A DNA stretch of 64,000 nucleotides, from assembly GCA_043824255.1 (NCBI GenBank), contig JBDRTG010000021.1:9377-73376 (forward strand), written 5' to 3'. Both the position numbers and the translations under genes were made by a program. Origin of the DNA: a bacterium. Lineage in GTDB: Bacteria; JAHJDO01. The notes beneath the pieces are model-generated. The model was not told the DNA's origin. It saw only the letters and a program-made list of their open reading frames with translations, and ran no database searches. How positions within the stretch are numbered: position 1 is the first letter of the stretch; every line of letters starts with the position of its first letter. This document shows positions 30,848 through 41,206 of this stretch, piece after piece.

Positions 30848-31783
30848 TTAAATCCTGATGTTATACAATTCCATAGCGTTTTTATATGTAATTTGAGATA
30901 TCATATCTCTTGAAGAGCCTGCTCTTAATAGCATTTTTTTAATTGATGATATATCAGCATGCGTATCTATTTTATTTCTATCTTCTTTAAACCTAAACAC
31001 CTCTCCATACGGCTGAAAAGGTGGTCCAATACGGGTACTCCAGTCCGTTCCAACTAATAGACGATTTGTCGGGACTTCCTTAAGTACACGTTTTAATAAT
31101 TCACTATGGCTAAAATTCATAATTTCTACCCAAAAATTATCAGGATAGCTTAAAAATACACCATTAAGCACATCTAAAAACCAGTTTCCCCATGGTATAT
31201 ACTCAGATGTTGGACCGCATCCAATTGCATGACCAAGAATATATTTGGCTTCAGGCACTCTTTCTGCGATCCCCAACAGATCTTCCATCTGTTCCATACC
31301 TGCTCCTGATTCGCCGATTCCCTGAAACCAATATGAACCCAAATGAATCTGGACAGGGGCATTATAACGTGCTGCTAACTTCACTACCTTTTCCCCTGCA
31401 TTGCTGTTCATACGGTAATCCATTGTATATTGAAGCATTTCACCAAGTTGAACAAATCCCCATTCTTCAAAACAAATCTTCATAACCTTTAATGATTCTT
31501 CCAAAAAGTTCGGATTTATCATACAGCTTCCATATAGTTTATCCGGCGCTTGACGAATAAGATCATAGACCATACGATTGCCAGCCAGTATTTGTTCCGG
31601 GGCGTGTTTCATACCATGAGTATACGGCTTATCACAGCTGAGAATAATACGTAAATCCGCTCCTGATTCTTCCAGCATATTAAGAACCCCTTCCAGCATA
31701 TGCTTGCGCCACTTACCATTTGCGCCAATATCAGTAACATGCATGTGAGTGTCTATCCATAATGATCTCTTCGGATTTGTCAT
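30848..31783 (-). CDS. Amidohydrolase superfamily protein
   Basis: IDTHMH, QIH, GHA and GTDW metal-binding pattern. Confidence 0.78.
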   Translation of the reverse strand: MTNPKRSLWIDTHMHVTDIGANGKWRKHMLEGVLNMLEESGADLRIILSCDKPYTHGMKHAPEQILAGNRMVYDLIRQAPDKLYGSCMINPNFLEESLKVMKICFEEWGFVQLGEMLQYTMDYRMNSNAGEKVVKLAARYNAPVQIHLGSYWFQGIGESGAGMEQMEDLLGIAERVPEAKYILGHAIGCGPTSEYIPWGNWFLDVLNGVFLSYPDNFWVEIMNFSHSELLKRVLKEVPTNRLLVGTDWSTRIGPPFQPYGEVFRFKEDRNKIDTHADISSIKKMLLRAGSSRDMISQITYKNAMELYNIRI

Positions 31784-31813
31784 ATTTTTCCCTTTCTATA
31801 GTGCTGAGCCAGT

Positions 31814-32935
31814 TCAGACAATATGCACTCTCGGCACTCTTTTACTAATCATGCAGAATATCTCATTAGGTATCGTGCCTGTTTTTTCTGCAATTTCTTC
31901 AACGCTTATTCGTTCTTGTTTCTGTATGCCAATCAAAACAACTTCGTCTCCCACGCATACTTCAGGGATTTTACTCACGTCTATTATTGACTGATCCATA
32001 CAAACTCTTCCCACAATAGGAGCTCTTTTACCTTTTATCAGCACCTCGCCCTTATTTGAAAGTAATCTGCTGTATCCATCGCCATATCCAACCGGCATTG
32101 TGGCAAGCCTGGCTTTTGACTTCGTTATATGGATTCTTCCATAGCTGATTGTAGAACCTTGTTTCACATCTTTTATAAAAACAACCCTTGTTTTTAATGT
32201 CAAAACTGGTTCAAGCTTGATGTCCTTGGAAACATGAGGCGATGGATATGCTCCATAGAGCATTAAACCGGGGCGGACCATATCAAAAAAACTGTCATGA
32301 ATATTTTCAGAGAGAATGGCTCCGCTGTTTGCCATATGCTTTATAGGTATTAAGACCCCTGAGGTTTCTAGTTTATCTAGAATATCTTTGAACCGCTTTA
32401 TTTGAAGCAGACTGAAACTTTTATCAGCTTCATCAGAAGAAGGAAAATGTGTAAATATGCCTTCTAAGAACAGGTTTTCTAATTTAGCGAGCTCTTTTAC
32501 AAAACCTACAGCATGTTCAAAGCACGAACCTATCCGTCCCATCCCAGTATCAATTTTAACATGTACTGCTACTTTATTAGGGAACTCTGTTGCTTTTCTA
32601 TTCAATTCTTCTGCAAAGTCCAGATCTGCTATAGTTGGACTTATATTATATGAAAGGATGTCCCCTATTTCATATTTAAATGAACAGCCAAGTATTAAAA
32701 TCGGTATATTTATATCTGCTCTGCGCAGGTGGATAGCTTCTTCAATATTGGCAACCCCAAGATAGCTAACTCCGCATTCTACTGCGGTTTTTGCTACCTC
32801 TGCATCTCCGTGTCCATAAGCATTTGTCTTAACTGCTGCAAGAATTTTTCTGTCCTTACCTACTATTCTTCTTATCTTGGCAATGTTATGCTCTATAGCT
32901 TTCAGGTTAATCTGTGCAACAGTGCGGTATTTCAT
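31814..32935 (-). CDS. alr: Alanine racemase
   Basis: AVKTNAYGHG, KIDTGMGRIG, ANSG, RPG, GYGDG, GRVCMDQ. Confidence 0.96.
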   Translation of the reverse strand: MKYRTVAQINLKAIEHNIAKIRRIVGKDRKILAAVKTNAYGHGDAEVAKTAVECGVSYLGVANIEEAIHLRRADINIPILILGCSFKYEIGDILSYNISPTIADLDFAEELNRKATEFPNKVAVHVKIDTGMGRIGSCFEHAVGFVKELAKLENLFLEGIFTHFPSSDEADKSFSLLQIKRFKDILDKLETSGVLIPIKHMANSGAILSENIHDSFFDMVRPGLMLYGAYPSPHVSKDIKLEPVLTLKTRVVFIKDVKQGSTISYGRIHITKSKARLATMPVGYGDGYSRLLSNKGEVLIKGKRAPIVGRVCMDQSIIDVSKIPEVCVGDEVVLIGIQKQERISVEEIAEKTGTIPNEIFCMISKRVPRVHIV

Positions 32936-32937
32936 GT

Positions 32938-34116
32938 TTATTTCCTTGCAACACCACTGGCCTTGGCTGCTTTTGCAACAGCTGATGAAACAGCGCTTTT
33001 TATTCTTTCATCAAAAGGATTAACAATCACGTAATCATCACGCAACTCTTTATTTGATATCAAACCTGCTAATGCTTTTGCAGCAGATATTTTCATTTCT
33101 TCGTTTATGTCCGACGCTTTCACATCCAGAGTCCCCCTAAATATTCCTGGAAAAGCAAGTACATTATTAATCTGATTTGGTAGATCGCTGCGGCCTGTTC
33201 CAATAATCCTTGCTCCAGCCCGCTTAGCCTCTTCAGGTGCGATTTCTGGAACAGGGTTTGACATAGCAAAAACAACTGCCTCTTTATTCATACTGCTGAT
33301 CATCTCTCCGGTTACCAGTCCAGGACCTGATACTCCTATAAATACGTCAGATCCAACTATAGCATCTGCCAGAGTTCCTGATAAGTTCTCAGGGTTCGTA
33401 ATTTTCGAAATCTCCTTCTTTGCAAAATTCATATTGTCTTGTCTATTTTTATGTATTACGCCAGCTCTATCGCATATAAGAATATTCCTGCATCCTGCGT
33501 TAGTAAGCAACTTTGAGATAGCAATCCCAGCTGCCCCTGCTCCGAGAATAACGACTTTTATTTCATTTATTCCCTTGTTAACTAATTGCAAGGCATTAAG
33601 CAATGCAGCATACACAACAACTGCTGTTCCATGCTGATCATCGTGAAAAACCGGAATATTCAACTCTTTTTTAAGCCTATCCTCTACAATGAAACATTTT
33701 GGAGCTGATATATCCTCAAGATTAATTCCTCCAAAAGCTGGAGAAATTAGTCTCACTGTTTTTACTATTTCATCAGTGTCTTGTGAGTTTATACATATAG
33801 GAAAAGCATCTACGTTTCCAAATTGTTTAAAAAGAACGGCTTTCCCTTCCATAACAGGCAAAGATGCATCTGCTCCAATATTGCCTAAGCCTAAAACAGC
33901 GCTTCCATCAGTAACAATAGCTATTGTGTTCCATTTTGAGGTAAGGGCATAAATCCTCTCTCTATTTTTAAAGATTTGCCTGCATGGTTCTGCAACTCCG
34001 GGAGTATAGGCAATGCTTAAGTCGTGAATGTTGTTTAGTTTAATCTTACTCTTTATTTCAATCTTACCTTTTAATTTTTTGTGAACCTCAAGGGATTCTT
34101 TACTTAACCTTTCCAT
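32938..34116 (-). CDS. NAD(P)-dependent malic enzyme
   Basis: AYTPGVA, MEGKA, NLEDI, HDDQHGT, GAGAAG, NQINN. ATG at 34116 preferred. Confidence 0.93.
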   Translation of the reverse strand: MERLSKESLEVHKKLKGKIEIKSKIKLNNIHDLSIAYTPGVAEPCRQIFKNRERIYALTSKWNTIAIVTDGSAVLGLGNIGADASLPVMEGKAVLFKQFGNVDAFPICINSQDTDEIVKTVRLISPAFGGINLEDISAPKCFIVEDRLKKELNIPVFHDDQHGTAVVVYAALLNALQLVNKGINEIKVVILGAGAAGIAISKLLTNAGCRNILICDRAGVIHKNRQDNMNFAKKEISKITNPENLSGTLADAIVGSDVFIGVSGPGLVTGEMISSMNKEAVVFAMSNPVPEIAPEEAKRAGARIIGTGRSDLPNQINNVLAFPGIFRGTLDVKASDINEEMKISAAKALAGLISNKELRDDYVIVNPFDERIKSAVSSAVAKAAKASGVARK

Positions 34117-34798
34117 GCTTTTCCTTCCATTTAATCTCTGCATCCGATAGTCTTACATAATTTGGTTTCAAGTCAAAATGACTCAACCCTTTACCTTCTT
34201 TTAATCTCTTCTCACCCAAAAGCGCAATACTCGAAGCGCATGGAATACCTGAATGAGGAGGACACACAAGAGCCAAATCACTCAATTCTTTTTTTAATGT
34301 ATTGCAATATAATGCGCATGCATTGCCGATAAAAATTGTTTTCTTTTTTATTTTCTTAATCAATTCTTCAATCGGAAGGACTATGTCACTAGTCATCTTT
34401 TTCATATTTGGCATTTCGTAAATCGCTGTATATACTTGCTTTCTTCTTGCGTCTGTGATTACACATACCTGGTCAGTATATGAATTCATCAAGTTATATG
34501 CGATTCCATCTAAAGTAGAAACTCCAACTGTTTGAATGTCAAGCGCCATTGCCATTCCCTTTGCTGCACTAATACCTATTCTAACCCCGGTAAAAGACCC
34601 TGGCCCTATTGAAACAGCAATAGCTTCTACGTCCTTTGGGATTAGTTCAGCATTTGCAAGAACATGTTTTATCATTGGCATAAGACGTTGTGAATGTGTT
34701 TTTGTTATATTCGTTGTGTATTCCGCTATAAGCTGGGAATTCTCCAGTATACACACACTGCAGACATTAGTAGCAGTTTCAATACCAAGTATTCTCAT
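34100..34798 (-). CDS. tsaB: t6A biosynthesis protein TsaB
   Basis: ILGIETAT, GPGSFTGVRIG, DARR. Confidence 0.94.
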   Translation of the reverse strand: MRILGIETATNVCSVCILENSQLIAEYTTNITKTHSQRLMPMIKHVLANAELIPKDVEAIAVSIGPGSFTGVRIGISAAKGMAMALDIQTVGVSTLDGIAYNLMNSYTDQVCVITDARRKQVYTAIYEMPNMKKMTSDIVLPIEELIKKIKKKTIFIGNACALYCNTLKKELSDLALVCPPHSGIPCASSIALLGEKRLKEGKGLSHFDLKPNYVRLSDAEIKWKEKHGKVK

Positions 34799-34799
34799 T

Positions 34800-35258
34800 T
34801 TATCTCACTCTTTCCAGTAGATTTTTATATGATGCTCCTTTTGCCTGTAAAGTTATTTTTCTCTTATCCTTTCCAGTTACTTCTATGTTTACCATTAGAT
34901 ATTCTTCAGGCAACATCTCTCGCGCCTTATCTGCCCATTCTATTATACATGTTCCGTTTCCATAGATATATTCATCCCAGCCTATGTTGTAAAGTTCTCT
35001 TGAATCATTTAACCTGTATAGATCAATGTGATAAACAGGATTTCTCCCATCATATTGATTGATTATTGTGTAAGTCGGACTTGTTATATAATCTTCCTTT
35101 ACTCCAAGACCACTGCATAAGCCATTGGCAATAACCGTCTTGCCTGCTCCCAGTTTACCAATCAAAGCAATAACATCTCCCTCTTTTAAAAACCCGCTTA
35201 TCTTTTTACCCAGACACTTTGTTTCTTCAGGACTGTTTGTGGTGAATGCTTTTTTCAT
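34800..35258 (-). CDS. tsaE: t6A biosynthesis ATPase TsaE
   Basis: GKLGAGKT, SPTY, HIDLYRL, IEW. Confidence 0.95.
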   Translation of the reverse strand: MKKAFTTNSPEETKCLGKKISGFLKEGDVIALIGKLGAGKTVIANGLCSGLGVKEDYITSPTYTIINQYDGRNPVYHIDLYRLNDSRELYNIGWDEYIYGNGTCIIEWADKAREMLPEEYLMVNIEVTGKDKRKITLQAKGASYKNLLERVR

Positions 35259-35311
35259 GCTCCAGATATTACCCTAGTTGGGGTAAAAAGGGAAGAAAGA
35301 ATTTGTCGTGG

Positions 35312-35340
35312 TTGACAATTGCGTGACAATTGTATACACT
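35312..35340 (+). promoter_or_regulatory. TA promoter with probable autorepression operator
   Basis: TTGACA-17 nt-TACACT. The spacer holds the inverted repeat ACAATTG-CGTGA-CAATTGT (also a tandem TGACAATTG). Confidence 0.7.
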
Positions 35341-35368
35341 GTAACTAAATACGAAAAAGGAGGCATAT

Positions 35369-35656
35369 ATGCAGTTCGTCACTGTAAGAGACCTGCGTGG
35401 AAAATCTGCTCAAGTTTGGCAGAGGCTGTCAAATGAAAAGGAAATGGTAATTACTTCAAACGGGAAACCTATTGCTATCCTGTCTGCTACGTCAGAAGGT
35501 TCCCTTGAAGAGTCTCTAGCTGCATTTCGTCAGGCTCGCGCAATTGGAGCCGTGACTTCACTGCAACGACGATCTGTTGAAATGGGAACTGATCAAATGA
35601 TCCTTGAAGAGATAAACTCTGAAATTAAAGCAGAACGAAAGAAACGTTCTAAATGA
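35369..35656 (+). CDS. Phd/YefM family antitoxin
   Basis: VTVRDLR...VITSNGKPIAIL; strong SD; overlaps the toxin start. Confidence 0.88.
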   Translation: MQFVTVRDLRGKSAQVWQRLSNEKEMVITSNGKPIAILSATSEGSLEESLAAFRQARAIGAVTSLQRRSVEMGTDQMILEEINSEIKAERKKRSK

Positions 35657-36066
35657 AAATAGTTCTGGACACTAACGTAATTGTCTCTGGCCTGCTTTCT
35701 CCGTATAATGCTCCAGGGGAAATCGTTCGTATGGTATCCTCGGGCATTTTGAAACTCTGTTACGATGCGCGAATTCTCTCTGAATATCAAAGTGTGCTAC
35801 TCCGCCTGAAATTCAAATTTGATCCAGAGCACATTGATGCTCTTATCGACCAGATAGAAGCCTGTGGCTGCATAGCTGCATCAAAACCACTTCCTGAAAA
35901 ACTACCAGATGCAGATGACGAACCATTTTTGGAAGTTGCACTTGGAGCAAAAGCCAGCTACTTAATTACAGGAAATGCAATACACTATCCATTGAAATTA
36001 CGACAAGGAATAAAAATTGTATCGCCAAATAAATTTATAGATATTTATAGAAAGTTAGGGCTGTAG
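35653..36066 (+). CDS. PIN-domain toxin (VapC-like)
   Basis: IVLDTNVIVS, EY, DADDEPFLE, LITGN. Confidence 0.9.
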   Translation: MKIVLDTNVIVSGLLSPYNAPGEIVRMVSSGILKLCYDARILSEYQSVLLRLKFKFDPEHIDALIDQIEACGCIAASKPLPEKLPDADDEPFLEVALGAKASYLITGNAIHYPLKLRQGIKIVSPNKFIDIYRKLGL

Positions 36067-36077
36067 GATAATCTATG

Positions 36078-37742
36078 CTAATTTTGGTTCTGATGTTTTA
36101 AGTTATTTCCAATACTTTGTCTTACCTTTGACATCTCTATATCATCAGGACACAATTTGAGATATCTATCAAGGTAATAAACTGCCCTAGATTTGTCTCC
36201 AATATAAGCACCGTAAGCTATTGCCGTGCTTTTTAATGCCTTCGCATAATAAGGATCAAGTTTCAGAACCTCTTCAAATTCTCTTATAGCTAGTCTCGGC
36301 TTTCTCTGTCGAAGAAGACAAAATCCCTTCATATAAATAGGCTTAAGATAATTCGCTCTTAATTTTATCGCGTTATCAAACTGTGTGATTGCGTTGCTAT
36401 ACTTTTTGCCCATGACATAGGAAAGGCCCGTATTGTAATGGTCCTGCGGTAATATAAATTGCTGCGGTCTTGGCCACATTAGAAAGGATAAAAAAGCAGC
36501 ACATAGAAGAGGCAAAACTAGTTTCTTTAAATCTTTGTCCTTGGCTTTCTTCCATAACCAATCAATAAAAAACCCTGTGAACAATATTAAGAACGGCACT
36601 ATAGGCTGTCGAAATCTTGATAGGATATAAAAGGCCATTACAGAGCAAAAGCAACCGATAATTATTAAATATACAAGTAAATACTTTTGCCAGTTTCGAA
36701 TAGATACAATAATGCCTATTATTCCCATTGAGGCTATAAATACAAAACCGGGAAGAGGAAGACTCAGGAGACTGGAGAATCTTCTTGATAAATAAAAATT
36801 GGAATTATTTGGTATCTCGTATCCGTTCCAGAAAGCAATTGACTTTTTTATCTGTTGCTTAAACCATTTAGAAGGCGTTTTAAACGCTGTTCGCAAAATA
36901 CTAAAACACACTTGTATCTGATTTTTCCCTGAATATGTATCGTCTTGTATGTAATGGAATCCACAGCCAGTAGATCTGGCATCATGACCGCATATAAACG
37001 CGTTTACTCCCTGAGATGACATAGAAAATAAATTAACTCCAACAATATGATTGCGAATAAAAAGAGGGGTAAGCGCGAATAAAACACCAAAGAAAAAACA
37101 CATAAATCGCTTAATTAATAGTTTTTTATTCTTTAGCGTCACATAAACAATCCATATCAAAATAGATAGAACCAATATGATATTATTTGGTCTGCATAAT
37201 ATCAGCAAGCCGAGTACAATTCCTGGAATTAACCATATGGCAGCTTTTTTGCTCTTTGAGAAACGCACAATTGAGAAAACTAAAAGGACAGTTAAAAAAA
37301 CTGTGATTGTTACACGCAATAATTCTCCTTCATAGAAAATTAATACTCCATATAAGCTGCAAATTATTCCTGATATTATGCCAACCGTTCTATTAAAGAT
37401 TCTACTTCCTATTAGGTATAATAAAACACATATTCCCGCCCCCATAATTATTTGGAATATTCTCACCATGATATAATGATGCCCAAACAGGCTGTATATT
37501 GAGGCGAGGAAGTATGGATAAAGAGGAGATTGCGAATAAATACCTTTTCCTCCCAGAATATCTCCCTGTGAAATCTGAAGAGAAAATTTATCAAATCTCT
37601 CCTGATCCAAACCTTCAGGGATATTATAAAACATCGGATTATCTCTCATCTGATACAGGTAAACGAATCTTATGGATAAGGCGAAGGCGAAGATTATTAA
37701 TGGAATAAAAACTACAATTTTTTTGTTTTGCATATTAATCAT
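36078..37742 (-). CDS. GT-C membrane glycosyltransferase (PMT/ArnT-like) with C-terminal TPRs
   Basis: Many TM segments, PLYPYFLA, RPN, RFRQP, then TPR helices. Confidence 0.8.
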   Translation of the reverse strand: MINMQNKKIVVFIPLIIFAFALSIRFVYLYQMRDNPMFYNIPEGLDQERFDKFSLQISQGDILGGKGIYSQSPLYPYFLASIYSLFGHHYIMVRIFQIIMGAGICVLLYLIGSRIFNRTVGIISGIICSLYGVLIFYEGELLRVTITVFLTVLLVFSIVRFSKSKKAAIWLIPGIVLGLLILCRPNNIILVLSILIWIVYVTLKNKKLLIKRFMCFFFGVLFALTPLFIRNHIVGVNLFSMSSQGVNAFICGHDARSTGCGFHYIQDDTYSGKNQIQVCFSILRTAFKTPSKWFKQQIKKSIAFWNGYEIPNNSNFYLSRRFSSLLSLPLPGFVFIASMGIIGIIVSIRNWQKYLLVYLIIIGCFCSVMAFYILSRFRQPIVPFLILFTGFFIDWLWKKAKDKDLKKLVLPLLCAAFLSFLMWPRPQQFILPQDHYNTGLSYVMGKKYSNAITQFDNAIKLRANYLKPIYMKGFCLLRQRKPRLAIREFEEVLKLDPYYAKALKSTAIAYGAYIGDKSRAVYYLDRYLKLCPDDIEMSKVRQSIGNNLKHQNQN

Positions 37743-37763
37743 AACAACATTAACATAGAAGAA

Positions 37764-37835
37764 GGGCAGACACAGAAGTCTACCCCTATATTTTTACCAT
37801 TTTCATTCTGTAGAGGCGAACTTATATGTTCGCCT
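37764..37835. repeat. Inverted pair of GTAG-type REP elements (REPIN-like)
   Basis: ATAGGGGTAGACTTCTGTGTCTGCCC on the - strand (37764-37789) and GTAGAGGCGAACTTATATGTTCGCCT on the + strand (37810-37835). Each is an imperfect hairpin. Confidence 0.7.
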
Positions 37836-38151
37836 TAACTTTTTTAGCACGAGGTTTGCGCTTAACAGAAGATTTTTTTGTTTTTTCTAATGTATTGAGT
37901 CTTTTTTTTATATCTTCTATCTCTTTTCTAGTAGGGATATTTAATTTGCGGATTGCCTGATGTATCTGCCCATCCATCTTCTTTTGAAGAGTAGATGTGC
38001 CCTTCTTTATTCTTTTTTTCCAATCATCAGTCATTTTCTTAGCTTCTTTACTGCCTATTTTCCCTTTTTTATAAAGTTCATAAATAAGCTCATTAGCTTT
38101 CTCTTCTGTTTTTGCTGCAAACTCTGTTGCTTTTTTTATAAAATCCTTCAT
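37822..38151 (-). CDS. Phasin/PhaF-like coiled-coil protein
   Basis: EL.KKG.I...EAKK and LNIPTRKEIEDIKKRL motifs; Lys-rich tail. Confidence 0.7.
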   Translation of the reverse strand: MKDFIKKATEFAAKTEEKANELIYELYKKGKIGSKEAKKMTDDWKKRIKKGTSTLQKKMDGQIHQAIRKLNIPTRKEIEDIKKRLNTLEKTKKSSVKRKPRAKKVKANI

Positions 38152-39191
38152 AATTTCACCTTCCTTTCTATTATTTTTTCCTTGTCGGGTTTTTTAATTA
38201 TACCACATTCTGTTATTATTGCAGATATAAACTTTGCAGGGGTTACATCAAAGGCAGGATTATATACACTTACATTTTTAGGCGCAATTCTCTTTCCAGA
38301 TAGATTTGTTACTTCTTCAGAGCTCCTTTGCTCAATTGGAATTTGTTCCCCAGATTTTATTTTCATATCAAATGTAGAAATAGGCGCAGCTACATAAAAA
38401 GGAACTTTATGTGCTTTTGCAAGAACAGCCAGACTATAAGTGCCTATTTTATTTGCAGTGTCTCCGTTAGAAGCAATTCTATCAGCTCCGACTATTACGC
38501 AATTTATTTTCCCCTCTTTCATTAATGAACCGGCCATATTATCGCAGATTAATGTAACATCAATCCCTGCCTGCATCAGCTCCCATGTTGTAAGCCTTGC
38601 TCCTTGCAGTAATGGTCGAGTTTCGTCTGCATAAACTCTTATCTTCTTGCCTTGCTCATTTGCATAAAAGATTACACCTAGAGCTGTTCCGTAATCAGCA
38701 GTGGCTAATCCTCCAGCATTACAATGAGTTAAAATCACATCTCCATCTTTTATAAGCTTTGCCCCATTTTTACCGATATTTCTGCAAATATTCTTGTCTT
38801 CCTTTATAATCTTTTGTGCTTCATCTAACAATTCGGTTTTTATTCTATTAATTGGTAAATTTCTATATTTCATGCAGCATACACGCATTCTATCCAATGC
38901 CCAGAAAAGATTAACTGCAGTAGGTCTTGAGGATGATAGATATAATATAACTTGTTCCAGTCGTTTTTTAAACTGAACATAACCTCTGGCCTTTGAATCC
39001 TGTATTCCAAGAACAACACCCAATGCTCCGGCAATGCCTATGGCAGGAGCTCCCCGAACCCTCAAATTCTTAATTGCCTCCCATATACTCTTTACAGTAT
39101 CGCAATATATGTGCTTAAACTTGTTTGGAAGCAAAGTCTGATCTACCAGTTTAATTCTTCCTTTGTGCCACTGGATTGTTTCAACAGGCAT
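38148..39191 (-). CDS. mtnA: S-methyl-5-thioribose-1-phosphate isomerase
   Basis: DQTLLP, VRGAPAIG, RPTAVNL, THCNAG, DETRPLLQGARLT, NPAFDVTP. Confidence 0.96.
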   Translation of the reverse strand: MPVETIQWHKGRIKLVDQTLLPNKFKHIYCDTVKSIWEAIKNLRVRGAPAIGIAGALGVVLGIQDSKARGYVQFKKRLEQVILYLSSSRPTAVNLFWALDRMRVCCMKYRNLPINRIKTELLDEAQKIIKEDKNICRNIGKNGAKLIKDGDVILTHCNAGGLATADYGTALGVIFYANEQGKKIRVYADETRPLLQGARLTTWELMQAGIDVTLICDNMAGSLMKEGKINCVIVGADRIASNGDTANKIGTYSLAVLAKAHKVPFYVAAPISTFDMKIKSGEQIPIEQRSSEEVTNLSGKRIAPKNVSVYNPAFDVTPAKFISAIITECGIIKKPDKEKIIERKVKL

Positions 39192-39194
39192 TAC

Positions 39195-39671
39195 TTAGCT
39201 CCTAATTATCTTTTCAATAATCTCTGAAGTTGACTTCCCTTTCACTTCCGGAATGGTTATAACCTTTCCGCCGTGCGAGGTTACAGTGTTTCTGCCAATA
39301 ATCTGATCTATCTTATAATCTCCTCCCTTTACCAGGATATCCGGAAGCAATGCTGATATAGTTTTCTCAGGATCCGGTTCATCAAAAATTACAATGTAAT
39401 TAACAAATTCAAAAGCGGAGAGTATTTCTGCGCGTTCATCCTGCGGAAATAGAGGCCTTTTATTACCCTTTAAGAGTTTTACGGATTTGTCGCTATTTAC
39501 AGCAACTACAAATATATCGCAAAGTTTTTTTGCAGCTCTTAAATACTTTATATGTCCAACATGTATGAGATCAAAACAACCGTTAGTAAAACCTATCTTC
39601 TTACCCTGTTTCTTTAATAGGCTTACTATCTCTTTTAACTCGTAGAGAGATTTGACTTTATTTGTGCTCAC
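39195..39671 (-). CDS. rfaE2: D-glycero-beta-D-manno-heptose 1-phosphate adenylyltransferase
   Basis: FTNGCFDLIHVGH, NSDKSV, KGGDY, STS. Confidence 0.92.
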   Translation of the reverse strand: MSTNKVKSLYELKEIVSLLKKQGKKIGFTNGCFDLIHVGHIKYLRAAKKLCDIFVVAVNSDKSVKLLKGNKRPLFPQDERAEILSAFEFVNYIVIFDEPDPEKTISALLPDILVKGGDYKIDQIIGRNTVTSHGGKVITIPEVKGKSTSEIIEKIIRS

Positions 39672-40248
39672 AATATAATTTTTCTTCTACAAGCTTACAG
39701 ATTATATGCTCCACTGTAATATGGGCTTCCTGAATGCGAGGGGTACTTGAACAAGGGGCAATGAAGCACAAATCTGTTATTTTTGCAAGTGTTCCGCCTT
39801 CTTTGCCTGAAAATCCAATAGTTGTAAGTTTCATACTTTTTGCTTTGCGGATGCCAGCTAATACATTCTCAGAATTTCCACTTGTTGATATACCCAAAGC
39901 CATATCTTCCTGAGTTCCTAATGCCTCTATCTGACGCGAAAAAATCTCATTAAAGCTATAATCGTTGGATATTGAGGTTATTACAGAGCTATCTGTAGTT
40001 AATGCAATTGCTGGTAGTGCGCTTCGTTCCAGTTCAAACCTGCCAACCAGTTCTCCAGCAATATGCTGTGCGTCAGCAGCACTGCCTCCATTCCCAAAAA
40101 CAAGCAGCTTCCCTCCCCTGCTCAATACATCAGCAATGCTGTTTACTATCTTAACTATAACGTCAATCTGATTAGCTATAATATCCTGCTTTACTGCGAT
40201 GCTCTCCTCGAGTATTTCTATTATGTGTTTGTCCATAGTTCTATTCAC
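39658..40248 (-). CDS. gmhA: D-sedoheptulose 7-phosphate isomerase
   Basis: GNGGSAADAQH, NDY, STSGNS, RIQEAH. Confidence 0.95.
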   Translation of the reverse strand: MNRTMDKHIIEILEESIAVKQDIIANQIDVIVKIVNSIADVLSRGGKLLVFGNGGSAADAQHIAGELVGRFELERSALPAIALTTDSSVITSISNDYSFNEIFSRQIEALGTQEDMALGISTSGNSENVLAGIRKAKSMKLTTIGFSGKEGGTLAKITDLCFIAPCSSTPRIQEAHITVEHIICKLVEEKLYCEHK

Positions 40249-41201
40249 TTTCTCTCAACCCGCCTGAATCCAGAGCATTCAATCACATTAATCTTTGAAT
40301 CTAGTAGCAAACGATCAAACATGAGATTTAAACCTAGATTATCACTTGCTATATGCCCTGCGATTATGACGTTTAAGTGATTCTTTTCAGCCTCTTTTCT
40401 ATGATCCTCACTTAAATGCATGCACACAATCGTGTTTATATCACTCGCCGGAAGCACTCTGAATATATCCTTCGAGCCTTCTGTTCCACCCGTCATATCT
40501 ACAAATATTTTGCCAGCGCTTCTCTCTTTTGATCCAATAAGAATATTAGGGCCTGCGCCATTCATTGCGGCTTTCTTATACTCCTCTATTTCCAACAGCA
40601 TGTTTACAACGTCGTTCATCGTATAAGGTTTTTCTTTGTCAAAGAGCTTCTGCAAGTATGTCGCCACCATATTATCAGCAGGTGTATGAAGGTTCATAAA
40701 AGGCAACCCGATTAATCTGGCTGCGTCAACTGCCCTTGTATGATTTATCGGCATAAGTCTTCTCTGAACTTCCTTAACCCTATGTTCCATCAGGCTTTCT
40801 GCTACGTTAATTGGTACACCGTGCAAGCTGAGAATGTTTGCCTGCATCTTCATCACATTATACAGCATCGCATATGGCAATCCTTCAGGATGATGAGCTA
40901 TAACTGCATCTATCTGTTTGCCTCTATTTCTTAGGATATCTGCCAGAATCAGCTCGCCAACTTCAATATCTATACCGACCAGCACAGTTTTAATCGTCTC
41001 ATCACCGCTGCCATTTAATATTCTTGAGTCAGAGTATGGATTTCTAAGAGATTCTTTATCAAAAAATTCTTTCTCTTTTTTCTTTAATTCTTCATACCTA
41101 TTCTTGTTTTTCTTAAGTTCCCCCAAAACAGTTTTTTTACTTCTTGGATCATTTTCAATCCCAATCGTAATTGCTTTTCTATAGAGTTCTTTCAGGTTCA
41201 T
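40245..41201 (-). CDS. NIF3/Nif3-like dinuclear metal-binding protein
   Basis: GIDI, AHHPEG, HTPADN, GHIASD. Confidence 0.8.
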   Translation of the reverse strand: MNLKELYRKAITIGIENDPRSKKTVLGELKKNKNRYEELKKKEKEFFDKESLRNPYSDSRILNGSGDETIKTVLVGIDIEVGELILADILRNRGKQIDAVIAHHPEGLPYAMLYNVMKMQANILSLHGVPINVAESLMEHRVKEVQRRLMPINHTRAVDAARLIGLPFMNLHTPADNMVATYLQKLFDKEKPYTMNDVVNMLLEIEEYKKAAMNGAGPNILIGSKERSAGKIFVDMTGGTEGSKDIFRVLPASDINTIVCMHLSEDHRKEAEKNHLNVIIAGHIASDNLGLNLMFDRLLLDSKINVIECSGFRRVERK

Positions 41202-41206
41202 ATGAC

